Shown here one piece after another: positions 51,269 through 63,900 of a stretch of 64,000 bases of DNA. Where the stretch lies: the NCBI RefSeq assembly GCF_006345805.1, contig NW_021831285.1, positions 124,497-188,496 on the forward strand, read 5' to 3'. Every line of letters begins with the position of its first letter. Position 1 is the first letter of the stretch. The notes beneath the pieces are model-generated. The model searched no databases. It had not been told where the DNA came from and saw nothing but the letters and a program-made list of their open reading frames with translations. Source of the stretch: Octopus sinensis (lineage: Eukaryota). The translations under genes were made by a program, and so were the position numbers.

Positions 51269-54200
51269 ATGCGACTGTTGTTGCATTTCAGATTAGTGAA
51301 CATATTTAGTCAAAGGGATTTGAATTTTCGACAAATTATATTTCGGAATCGACAAAAAGATGAGGTGGACAAGTTTTCAAGCTGGTCAGATCGATTTTGG
51401 GATGAAGAGGGACCACTATCAGCTTTACATTCTTTGAATGACTTGCGTATTCCGTTTATAGTCAGCGCTTTATCGATTACGAATTCAAAAGCTGATCAAC
51501 CTTTGGCTGGGTATCGAATATTAGACGTTGGTTGTGGTGCTGGAATTTTAAGTGAACCATTTGAATTGAATTGAAATGTTTATTTTCTATGTAACAAACT
51601 CGTCACTAGATTAAAAGGGGAGAGAAGAGCCAAACGAAACCAAGGAGACGGAAGAAACAAGTTTGTTTGCTGATTGGGGTCAATTCTAATGGGACACCAG
51701 ATGTCCCTTCGATAAAAATAACGACCCCTTGCACCACTATTATTTAAGTGATGCAACAGTTTTTCAATGATCGTACCGATCCCTCCAGCTCTGGGGGTAG
51801 TTTGATTTTAAGTCCAAGCCATGTGCCAGTTTAATGGCATATCTCCGCGTTTTCTCCAAAAGATCAATATGTTTCTTTCCTTCGCAGCTTCCGAACCATC
51901 CTTGAGATCCATAGATCAGGAAGGGTTCTATACACGCAGAGTATACGTATAAGAACGTTTCCGGTTTCAGCTGGAATCGCATCAGAGCTTTCAACATTTG
52001 GGTAGCCTTGTTCTTTCTCTTCCTTATATACATCTTGAATGAACCAGTTGCATCCACAACTATTCCGAGGTATTTAAGATCATCCACGGGTTTTATCGCT
52101 CCGGTGTTAATACAAACATCAGGTTTCCTTCTCCTTTTACCAATCCAGCAAACAGTGCTTTTTTCAAAAGATAAAGACAAGCCTTTATCCTGGCACCATT
52201 TGCCAATTTTTTCGATATGACTGTGGGTTCTTTTCCACGATATTGATTTGCTCATAGAGAAATCCATAATTAAAATATCATCTGCGTAGATGACCATCTC
52301 CATGCTAGGGAGATCCACTTGAGGGATGTCGCACATCACACAGTTAAATAAAAGTGGACTGATGACAGATCCCTGCGGAACTCCTCTCTTAAGCAAAATT
52401 CTCTTCGATAATTGGTTACCGACCCGTACAAACGATTCTCTTTCCGAGAGGAAACTCTTCATCCAAACTAGGGCTGTCTTTCCAACGCTAAAATTGTATA
52501 AAGTTCGTAATAGCCCGGCATGCCAGACGCTATCAAATGCTTTTGATATGTCTAGACATGCAGCCGTAAGATACTCTTTTTTCCTTTGTGCTGTAGATAT
52601 GGCCTCCTTTAACAGTGAAAAGCAATTTCCAGTGCCCTTGTTCCGCCGAAAACCCCAATGCTCTTTCAAGAGATACTGTTTATCTTCAATATAAGTTGAT
52701 AGTCTTTTAAAGACAATTTTTTCCATGATTTTTGAGATAGAACATATGAGGCTGATTGGTCTGTAATTTGCAGGATCCGAACTCGGTTTTCCTTTCTTCG
52801 GGATCATGCGAACAATTGTCCTCTTCCATGCTTGGGGAACATGTCCAATACTCCACGAAGAGTTAAATAGCTTCCATAGTTCATATAACAAAGGCATTCC
52901 CGCCTTTTTGAAGATAATCATCGGTATGTAGTCCCAACCAGGGGATTTATTTTTACATCCGTGTATTGCTGATTTGATTTCTTCCATAGAAATAGCTCCA
53001 CATAATGGCCCCTCCGTAAGCGATAGTAACTCCCAAATACACGTCTCATTTTGTATAGTCTGAGAAATCATAGACAAAGGGTCCACTTCTTGAATCTTAG
53101 CTAGCTGCTCTTTTAACTTCTCAGGTACCTCCTCTCTTGGAATCAGATTGCCATCACTGGACTTGAGTTTTATCTCTCCACCCTTTTTATCAGAACTCAT
53201 CTTTGAGAAAAGTTTCCAAAAATTCGGATTTTTATGAGAGAGTTTAGAGCATTCTTTTTTCCAGCTCTCCTCTACTATATCCTTAGATAATTCCTCTGAT
53301 AAGTTTTTATCGATTTTATTCTTTGTTTGAGGAAGATAGCGTCTTGCGGGTCCCAACACCGCTTTAGTTTACTTTCCAAGTTCCTTTTTTCACGAAGTAG
53401 TTCGGATTGCTCTTCATTTATCAATCGATTTTTGTACGAGAAGAGAAACCTCTTTTTTCCATAGTCCTCCAGATAATTTCGAATAATGTTCCTTATTCTT
53501 TCATCCAAATAATTGATCTCGTCAAGATTTAGTATTTTCAATTCTTGAGTATTTGCAAATTTCATAGACATATAAAAGTTAAAATGATTCCAATTAATGT
53601 TGCTGATATTATAACCAAGAAATACATCCTCAGTGAGAACTGCTCCCGTTCGTAGTTTCATCGTTTGCGGAAGATGGTCACTCCCAACATCATTTTCAAC
53701 ATAAGGCCGGTCACACAAACCACTTAAGGCATTTGCAACAATAAACAATCCTAATCGATCACCACCTTGCTGCTGAAAGTGGTTAAGCTCTTCAGACGTT
53801 AAAATTTGAAAATTTGAGGTTTTTTTGATCTTAAGTAAACAATTTCCATCCTGATTTGACTTCACGCACCCATATGCAGTATGCTTCGCATTTAAGTCTC
53901 CAACAAGAATTGGATTCTCATTTCCTTCCATAAAATTTTGCTCGTTTGGGAGCTAATGTACTGGGAATAGATCCTTCAGAAAAATGCATCAGGGCTGCCC
54001 AGAACAGGGCGAAAATTATTTCCAATACATTTATTAATGGATCATTAAATTATCAACACAATTCTCTCGAACAACTTTCTAAAGATTTATGTGGGTCTTT
54101 TGATCGTGTCGTTGCATCCGAAGTTATAGAACACGTTTCAAATAAATCAACGTTTATATCAAATGCTTCTAGAATGCTTACTGTTGAAATATATTTGAAA

Positions 54201-54512
54201 TGTACTTTATAGAATTCAGGTAGTCTTATCGGTACAACAATAAACAAAACATTTGTTTCATTGGTTTTTGGAATATATGCTGCTGAAAGATTGCTTAAAC
54301 TTGTTCCGAACGGAACCCACAATTGGGATCTCTTTATTTCTCCTGAAGAATTGAATCATTTATTTAATAGCTGTTTGATCATTTATTAATTTTGTTTAGT
54401 CGGGTTAGTTGCACAGAAATGGCAAGGAATTGGATATTTTCCATTTATAGATAAATGGTATTTGTCAAACATATTTAATATTAACTATGGTTTTCACGCA
54501 ACTAAGAAGTAA
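51269..54512 (+). CDS. COQ3: Ubiquinone biosynthesis O-methyltransferase, exon 1 interrupted by a retroelement
   Basis: EVDKFS..WDEEGPLSALHSLNDLRIPFI, ILDVGCGAGILSEPF / ARLGANVLGID, FDRVVASEVIEHV, TINKT, VPNGTHNW..FISPEEL, NINY; two micro-introns (30 and 27 nt). Confidence 0.9.
51564..53940 (-). mobile_element. 5'-truncated APE-RT non-LTR retrotransposon inserted in COQ3
   Basis: GDLNAKH, SDHLP, KSPGWD, YRPISL, DISKAFD, GVPQGS, YADD and KYLG motifs; AATAAA plus (TTCAA)n tail; TTTG at both junctions. Confidence 0.92.
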
Positions 54513-54608
54513 TAAATAGTTTTAATTCTTATATGATTTGCTAATTTTGGATTTCTACCGATATTATAGTCTCCACAAGTATAAGTCGCTGTATTCTTCG
54601 ATGCAGTA

Positions 54609-55991
54609 CAGTAAACATCGGTTAATTGCATAACATTTGTCCACGGAAAATCTTATGCAATTAACCGATGTTTTAATAAAAATCAATAATTTTTTTAATA
54701 GTCAAGAAAAGAAAATAATCAAAAACGTTTAAAAAAATCATTAATTTTGGACTGTCTAGTCTTCTGGCAAAGGCGTAGGACGCTTTTTTCTAGTTCATAG
54801 AAGTTGTCCATATCCATTTCACTTGTTAAATCGCTGTTAGTAAGAAACTGGCGTATTAATCTGCATGCACCCATAGCTTCCGAACTGGTTGTTTTCACGG
54901 GTATGGGATCTTCATCGTCCTCATCGTCTTCACAAGAAATATCTCTTGACATTAAACATATTTCTTCATCGGACATGATTCCGATACATTCTTCATCCTC
55001 ATTAGCAACATCCATCGTTATTTCGTCACATTCAATGTCACTAAATATATTTTCCCCCACTTCCTCATGGAATCCAGCCTTACGGAAACAGTTGTAAATT
55101 GTTGCTATTTTGACTTCCCTCCAAGCCATTTTGAGCATGTGTAGCGCATCCAAAAGAGTGATAGAATTCACAACGGATTTGAGACAGGCATCGTCTGAAT
55201 CAATTACGGCAATCACTCTTTGTAAAAATGCCAATCTGTAGTTGTGCTTTAGACTTTTTATGATCCCCATATCACATGGCTGAATGCATGCGGATGTGTT
55301 TGGTGAAATAAAATACAATTTAACATTTGATAGATTTTCTCCAGCATCTTTTGGATGCGCAGCACAATTGTCAAGGACCATGGCTATATTTCTTTTTTGT
55401 ATTTTCATTTTCTTGTTAACACATGATAACCAGTTTTTAAAAATGCGTGATGTCATCCATGCATTCTATAATTCTACTGAAATTGATATGCTACCTTATT
55501 GACAACGTAGTTAACTGGAAGTGTTTTGATTCCTTTGAAGCACCTAGGATTCTTTCTTTTCCCAATGACCATCAATGGGTGTTTGTCCGAACCCGTCATG
55601 TTGCAGGATACCATTACAGTTATTCTATCCTTCATTTTTTACTTCCAATCGGTATTTAATTTTTACCTTTGACCTCCTTGAATAAACAAATTGATTATTT
55701 CCAATTTTTGAGAAAGTGTAAGATCACGACGTAACGAAGATGACATGTGTAATAATAATTAAATTTTAAAATTACAAATTATAATTATTCAATTATGCGA
55801 AAATTTTTATAAGAAAAAATAGTAAATGTTCCCAATGAGAGTATGCAATTAACCGATTTATGCAATTAACCGATATGCAATTAGCCGATATTTTTTCAAT
55901 GGAAACCATATAAGTTATGGTTTTAAACATGAATTTATGCCATTAACCGATTTATGCAATTAACCGATATGCAATTAACCGATGTTTACTG
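54609..55991 (-). mobile_element. pogo/Tigger-like transposon, internally deleted, with a micro-intron
   Basis: TA-flanked TIR CAGTAAACATCGGTTAATTGCATA; subterminal TATGCAATTAACCGAT repeats; NK|NAWMTS, LDNCAAH and QPCDMGII motifs; intron 55466-55494. Confidence 0.92.
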
Positions 55992-56649
55992 TATTCGTTT
56001 TTATACAAAGGCTAGGGGAAAAGGTTTTGTAAGCAGTCTTAATTCGTCTCTCTAATACAGGCATTCTCAACCTTTTTTGTTGATCGCCCCCTTAGATTTT
56101 ATTGCTCCCTTGTCCACATACAGTTTAAAAATTTTTCTGTATTGTCCCTTAATTGGTTTTTCTGTACATAACTCAAAAATCACAATATAAAACAATAAAT
56201 CAAATCTAAAAATTGAATTTTTATTAAAAATTATTAGTGAGACCCTTGATATTGATGTTAACTCGCTAAATATTCAATGTCGGGTTTACTTCTGCTCAAC
56301 TTTAGGCGTATATCTCTGCTCAACTCATTAATGGACCCGGCATATTAATGGACCACATCAAAATTTCATTAATATCTATTACATTCATATAAAAGTAATG
56401 TATCAAACCTCTTTATTTTTAAACGTATGTTGGGTCGATTATTATGACTTCCAATGCAGCTAAGTACATACGACTATGTCACAAGTCAGCCAATTAGCAA
56501 TACGGACAATTATGCCTCAGCAACTGAACCTAACCTAACACGTGAAAATGTTATTTCAACGCTAAACACAGGAGTAGGAAATATGGAAAAATCTCGCTCA
56601 AAGAAGTATTTAGGAGTCTCCTTTCGTGACAACCCTTATACAGACTACA

Positions 56650-56990
56650 CTCCATCAATCTACATTGGATGAGAATTTGTTTGCTTTTATACACCTCAAA
56701 GACCAATCCTCTGGCTAGTCGGTCTCTTGAAAGATAAAACGTATGCTTGTTTTCAAGTTTGACATTTATTTGGTGGCGTATCAAGCATATTTTTTGGGAA
56801 CGGTCTCACAATATCAACGAGTGGCAGTATTCAACGTTATTTAAACCCGGTAGCACAATAACACTGGTAGGACTTGTTATCAAGCATATTTTTGTCAATA
56901 TTCTCAAATTCATATTGTTCAAAATCAATGAATACGATTTAGTAGTTATACCACGGCAATGCATACTCGCTACCTGGGGAAAAGTTCATT
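56650..56990 (-). mobile_element. Degraded R4-like fragment
   Basis: FYLSRDRLARGL resembles LYLPRDKLGRGL of the other RLE elements. Confidence 0.5.
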
Positions 56991-56999
56991 AAAACTTTT

Positions 57000-57570
57000 A
57001 GTACGGAAGCTTAGGAGACCACAAAGAGATTGACAGCGAGGGTGGGAGGAGACGGTTAAGGTCTGAAGTCGTTGGGCTAGAAGGGATGTTTTGCTCTGAG
57101 AGAATTCAAAACGGCGGGTGTCGTGAGGAAAATAGAACTTGTCAAAACGCCAAACTTGACAGCACCGTGGACATCGTTATCCATGAGTTTACTATTTACT
57201 TTTACTGTAAAGGTAGTCGTCGTCAATCGCGACTGCAGGCGCATTATGGGAGGTTGGGCAAGCAGGAGGTTCTGAATTAGCAAAATAGACATGGAGCCAA
57301 CAAACAGAAAAACTGTTCTGGTTGTAAAAATCTAGTTTATGTTTGACGATCGTAGCTAGCAAGTGAGAAGTGGTTTTGTTACGGATTGTGGATAAGAGAA
57401 AACCGAAGCCGAAAGAAGCAAAACAGAACAACGTGAGCCTATCAGGTTGCCTATCGGAAGCCAAGCCCATCAATTGGAGTGGAATACAAGCAGCTCTATG
57501 AATTCTAGGCAAGATTGCCGGAGACTTAGAAGTTTGATGGATAGAATGAGTCCCAAACATGGAATCAGAG
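57000..57570 (-). mobile_element. Degraded CRE-like N-terminal fragment
   Basis: LPRIHRAA, KLMDNDVHGAVK and LNSLRAKHP resemble the pre-RT region of CRE elements. Confidence 0.55.
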
Positions 57571-57742
57571 AAAGGAGAGGATTCTGTGGAGTGGCGCGGA
57601 TGAGAAATCGCGAACGGAAAGGAAAGGGTGAAAATAAGGGGGCGTAGAAAAAACAAATAAAATAGATAAATAGGATGAGAAACAAGTATGCGACAAAATA
57701 TGATCAGAACGAATAATGGATTGAATAAAAAATAATTAAAAA

Positions 57743-57802
57743 TGCCTCGAGTGGGGGTCGAACCCACGACCTTAGGATTATGAGACCTACGCGCTAACCA
57801 CT
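57743..57802 (-). tRNA. tRNA-Met(CAT), elongator-like, lacking its first ~13 nt (probable pseudogene)
   Basis: Minus strand AGTGGTTAGCGC G TAGGT CTCATAA TCCTA AGGTC GTGGG TTCGACC CCCAC TCGAGGC A followed by TTTTT; the 5' acceptor and D-stem strands are replaced. Confidence 0.8.
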
Positions 57803-58269
57803 AAAGAGATTTCGGAGGCTATAGGTCCGGGAGGTGGAATGTAATTCGAAAACTTTTTCAGCTTCGATAAGGTGTCTCACTTAGTGGAGACGTCTTGAAT
57901 TTCAGGTTGTTTCTGATTAAAGTGACCAAATCACCGCCTCATTTCGCTTACCAGTCCAGCCTGATAGCCTTGTAGCCCGCGAATGAAGGCGTCTGATCAT
58001 TAGGAGATAGTTTGAGTTCGTGAATCATGGCCACCTGGGGTTAAGCTTGTCAATGTTCCCCATCCGTGAGGTGCTAAGTCCTTCTGGCACTATACAGTTG
58101 TTAAGAGGGGACCTCCTATTTTTCTTGATTTACATTACCAATGACAAATCTCAATGATTCAAAACCTTCAAACGCTAGGGTTGAGAAAGCCAGACCCGTT
58201 CAAACACGTATTGGAATTCCACAAAAGAAACCAGAGAAATGTGCCTGGAATTTGTTTGATTTAATTCTG

Positions 58270-58725
58270 TACCTGTTTAGACATATTTTAATGTAACACG
58301 GCATTCTATCATCAATCCATTGACAAAACGACGTAGACTAGAATCAAAAAAGCAAATAGACTGCATTCTCTGCAAAGATACACATAGACATTTACTTGTG
58401 GATTTGCGATGATATGAGGGACTGGCAACAAATAATGACCACAAGCTAATTCGCGTCTGACTGTATAAAGCGTACAACCAACTAAAAAAACTTGCGGATA
58501 AAAAACAAGAAACTTTCATTTTGAACAATTCAATAATGAAAAAATCAAACAAAAGTACGCAAACAGACTACAAGAAATGCACGACGATATTGACCCCAAG
58601 AAGCATGGAAATACGATATGGAATACAATGGCCAGTACAATAAAGTGGACAGCTCTAAATGTCATTGGATTCACTCAAAAACAACGCAAATTTCACAATA
58701 AAGAATTAAGATTGAAAATTTCCTG
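58270..58725 (+). mobile_element. Degraded RTE-like endonuclease fragment
   Basis: KQIDCILC..LLVDLR.YEG...NDHKLI parallels NQIDYIVC..LLRDSRSYGG...SDHKIV. Confidence 0.6.
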
Positions 58726-58994
58726 AATAACGAGACTGTCTGAATTAGAGTTTGTTTCTTCAAAAATCTCAAATGAGTGACCGGAACGAATTAATTGGAT
58801 TACCGTTTTTTATGCAACGGGACACTGCTAATGTCACGAGATCATTGAAGACAAAATTTTGATTATGGACCAAATGCGGAAAATCACATGAGACCCGTAA
58901 GGACTGTGGCATCATATTGGTAATTAATTTTTGAATTTAGAAATAATAAATTTCTACTGAAAAATATAAATCAATTTTAAATCTTCAAGTGCTA

Positions 58995-59689
58995 ATGGGA
59001 CCGCCTCCGCCTTTAGATTTCAGTAACCCAGACAATGTTAAGGAATATTTCAAAAGAATATACATCGAGTACAGATACTCTTGCTTTGATGAAAATGACC
59101 CAGAGGGTAATTAATACTGGCATTCTCAGGCTGTTACCGCTTGGCCACGTTCTTAGACAACATCAAAAACAAATATTCCCGGGCTGCAAGAGTATATAAA
59201 AGGGGTTGCTTTGATCTCAAACACGCCCGTTCGTGTGTCCGTTACGGGGCATATCATTTGAAGGGAATTGGAGGACTTGATCCTTCTGTTGAGGCCAGCA
59301 GAGAGTGTTTCGAGAGAGCATGTGAACTAGGGTCACTTGAGGGTTGTCACAACCTTGGATATTCCCTCATCACAGAACAAGACTCGGATGTCCAACGTGG
59401 GGTTCAAATTTTGCAAGATGCCTGTTCGAATGGGCTGCCTCGAAGTTGTATTAATCTCAGCCGCTTTTCCCTAAAAAATAACATGGAAAGTAAAGCTTTG
59501 GAGTTTGCCAGGAAAGCTTGTGAGTTGAAGGATCTGAGAGGATGCCTTCTCTTTGCTGATTTGATTGAGAAAGGTGTTGGGGAAGCTGTTGGAGGAGTCC
59601 AGGAGGCTGAGAGGATTAGGAGAATTGCTAATGAAAAATATAAACCAATCTATCGTTCAAACGAATCTTCTTTATATGGAAGAGGTTGA
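58995..59689 (+). CDS. COA7: Cytochrome c oxidase assembly factor 7 (Sel1-like repeats), one 23-nt intron (59107-59129)
   Basis: DFSNPDNVKEYFKRIYIEYRYSCFDENDPE|GCYRLATFLD..AARVYKRGC; repeated AC...GC/SC Sel1 motifs. Confidence 0.9.
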
Positions 59690-60149
59690 TTATTTGTAAT
59701 TATTAAAATATTTTCGCTAATAAAATACGTAAAATAACACATCGTATCGACATTACACTGTTTTAAGAGACAAAGCTCTCTCAATGTAAACCAACTTTAA
59801 AATTACTCAATAATCTGAGCTGACCGCCATAATGGATCAAATGGTGCTGGATTGATGAGTCTCATCCACAAATCTATCCTATTTACTGACTCTTCCTGTC
59901 AATCATTATCTTAATTAACATACATCATACACAATTTCAAACATCTATATCCCTCTCCCGTCGAGCTGTTCCAGTGGCTACATTCCATCCTAGCAAAAAT
60001 ATATTTATCTTCCGTGACATAAATTCAAAAAATCCAGTCTGGCTTTTTAAATCAATGCCAAGACCAGCGAAGCATACAACTAATGTCGCAACTGAAAAAT
60101 CTAGTCATATTCAACGACCCATAATTACACAAAAGGTGTGCTCAAAAGG

Positions 60150-60890
60150 TCTAATGACACTAATACATCTCAAGATCGCATTCATTAACTCTAAACTAAA
60201 CCGAAATAGATGTTTGGAGGCTTTTGCAAGAAACTATACCTACTCAATTTGGAAATTTACTAATATGCAATATTTACATGCGGCCAATGGGATTATGTCA
60301 GAAACATTTTACTCCAGATCTTCACCCAGTTGACAAAATTGACATCTTCCTTATTTTCAATGAGCTGAACGCAAAGCACCCGCAGTGGTTTAAGTCACAA
60401 ACAGCTTACTCGACCGAAAGGTCCCTGCTTGAGCAACTTAACAACCTAGTCATTCTTAAAAATCTGTCTTTGAAAACAAAAACTCCACACACAGAAAGAC
60501 AAACTTACTTCGCCCGACCCGACTCTTTGCTCTGCTAACCTGGTGTCAGTGACTAATTGGAATGTAATCTACAACTGACGGAGTGACCATATCCCGATAG
60601 CTATACGTGTCCAGGTCAAATCCCCTCTTAGAAAAGCAGCCCCCACTTTGAAATACGATTACAATCAAGCCGATTGGGTTAACTTTACTCGCAAAATTGA
60701 TTAAGAACTGATAACTCTTGATGTAAATTATTATGACTTGATAGACAATGCTGTTAAACAATTCAACCAGACAATCCTGATTGGTCGGAAGCAGTTAGTA
60801 AAAATGAGGAAAATCGGGTTAAACACTATAAAAATTTCCTTTTTGGATGCTACCGCTAATCGAAGAACGAAATTCGTTAAAAGGTTGGGT
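60150..60890 (+). mobile_element. Highly degraded non-LTR endonuclease fragment
   Basis: LKIAFINS, LLICNIY and ELNAKHPQW are APE-like remnants. Confidence 0.45.
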
Positions 60891-60902
60891 GGATCTCACA
60901 TT

Positions 60903-63900
60903 TATTACATAATCTCAAGTATCCTCGTATCTTCACATCTTGGAACCTTTCAAAATTGCAATTTATTACATAATCTATTACATAATCTCAAGTACCCTCG
61001 TATACTAAAATCTATAGACATCCCAAATTGCATAATAAATTACGCAATTTATTACGAAATCTATTACATAATCTCAACTATCCTCGTATCTTCACATCTA
61101 GGCACCTCCGAAAATTGCATAATATATTACGCAATTTATTACATAATCTCAAGTACCCTCGTATACTAAAATCTAGAGACATCCCAAATTGCATAATAAA
61201 TTACGCAATATATTACGAAATCTATTACATAATCTCAAGTATCCTCGTATCTTCACATCTAGGCACCTCCCAAAATTGCATAATATATTACGCAATTTAT
61301 TACATAATCTCAAGTACCCTCGTATACTAAAATCTAGAGACATCCCAAATTGCATAATAAATTACGCAATTTATTACGAAATCTATTACATAATCTCAAG
61401 TATCCTCATATCTTCACATCTTGGAACCTCCGAAAATTGCATAATATATTACGCAATTTATTACATAATCTCAAGTACCCTCGTATACTAAAATCTAGAG
61501 ACATCCCAAATTGCATAATAAATTACGCAATATATTACGAAATCTATTACATAATCTCAAGTATCCTCGTATCTTCACATCTAGGCACCTCCCAAAATTG
61601 CATAATATATTACGCAATTTATTACATAATCTCAAGTACCCTCCTATACTAAAATCTAGAGACATCCCAAATTGCATAATAAATTACACAATATATTACG
61701 AAATCTATTACATAATCTCAAGTATCCTCGTATCTTCACATCTAGGCACCTCCCAAAATTGCATAATATATTACGCAATTTATTACATAATCTCAAGTAC
61801 CCTCGTATACTAAAATCTAGAGACATCCCAAATTGCATAATAAATTACGCAATATATTACGAAATCTATTACATAATCTCAAGTATCCTCGTATCTTCAC
61901 ATCTAGGCACCTCCCAAAATTGCATAATATATTACGCAATTTATTACATAATCTCAAGTACCCTCCTATACTAAAATCTAGAGACATACCAAATTGCATA
62001 ATAAATTACACAATATATTACGAAATCTATTACATAATCTCAAGTATCCTCGTATCTTCACATCTAGGCACTCCGCAAAATTGCATAATATATTACGCAA
62101 TTTATTACATAATCTCAAGTACCCTCGTATACTAAAATCTAGAGACATCCCAAATTGCATAATAAATTACGCAATTTATTACGAAATCTATTACATAATC
62201 TCAATTATCCTCATATCTTCACATCTTAAAACCTCCAAAAATTGCATAATATATTACGCAATTTATTACATAATCTCAAGTACCCTCGTATACTAAAATC
62301 TATAGACATCCGAAATTGCATAATAAATTACGCAATATATTACGAAATCTATTACATAATCTCAATTATCCTCATATCTTCACATCTTGGAACCTCCGAA
62401 AATTGCATAATATATTACGCAATTTATTACATAATCTCAAGTACCCTCGTATACTAAAATCTAGAGACATCCCAAATTGCATAATAAATTACGCAATTTA
62501 TTACGAAATCTATTACATATTCTCAAGTATCCTCGTATCTTCACATCTAGGACCTCCGAAATTGCATAATATATTACGCAATTTATTACATCATCTCATC
62601 TCAAGTACCCTCGTATACTAAAATCTAGAGACATCCCAAATTGCATAATAAATTACGCAATATATTACGAAATCTATTACATAATCTCAAGTATCCTCGT
62701 ATCTTCACATCTAGGCACCTCCCAAAATTGCATAATATATTACGCAATTTATTACATAATCTCAAGTACCCTCCTATACTAAAATCTAGAGACATCCCAA
62801 ATTGCATAATAAATTACACAATATATTACGAAATCTATTACATAATCTCAAGTATCCTCGTATCTTCACATCTAGGCACCTCCCAAAATTGCATAATATA
62901 TTACGCAATTTATTACATAATCTCAAGTACCCTCGTATACTAAAATCTATAGACATCCGAAATTGCATAATAAATTACGCAATATATTACGAAATCTATT
63001 ACATAATCTCAATTATCCTCATATCTTCACATCTAGGCACCTCCCAAAATTGAATAATATATTACGCAATTTATTATATAATCTCAAGTACCCTCCTATA
63101 CTAAAATCTAGAGACATACCAAATTGCATAATAAATTACACAATATATTACGAAATCTATTACATAATCTCAAGTATCCTCGTATCTTCACATCTAGGCA
63201 CTCCGCAAAATTGCATAATATATTACGCAATTTATTACATAATCTCAAGTACCCTCGTATACTAAAATCTAGAGACATCCCAAATTGCATAATAAATTAC
63301 GCAATTTATTACGAAATCTATTACATAATCTCAATTATCCTCATATCTTCACATCTTAAAACCTCCAAAAATTGCATAATATATTACGCAATTTATTACA
63401 TAATCTCAAGTACCCTCGTATACTAAAATCTATAGACATCCGAAATTGCATAATAAATTACGCAATATATTACGAAATCTATTACATAATCTCAATTATC
63501 CTCATATCTTCACATCTTGGAACCTCCGAAAATTGCATAATATATTACGCAATTTATTACATAATCTCAAGTACCCTCGTATACTAAAATCTAGAGACAT
63601 CCCAAATTGCATAATAAATTACGCAATTTATTACGAAATCTATTACATATTCTCAAGTATCCTCGTATCTTCACATCTAGGCACCTCCCAAAATTGCATA
63701 ATATATTACGCAATTTATTACATAATCTCAAGTACCCTCCTATACTAAAATCTAGAGACATCCCAAATTGCATAATAAATTACACAATATATTACGAAAT
63801 CTATTACATAATATCCTCAGTATCCTCGTATCTTCACATCTAGGCACCTCCCAAAATTGCATAATATATTACGCAATTTATTACATAATCTCAAGTACCC

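Noticed and set aside
58730-58915. Short minus-strand reading frame divergent from COA7
   Set aside because: No recognisable motif or consistent splice model, and it runs into retroelement debris.
61028-63843. Many 60-101 aa ORFs on both strands
   Set aside because: Artefacts of translating the 161-bp satellite.
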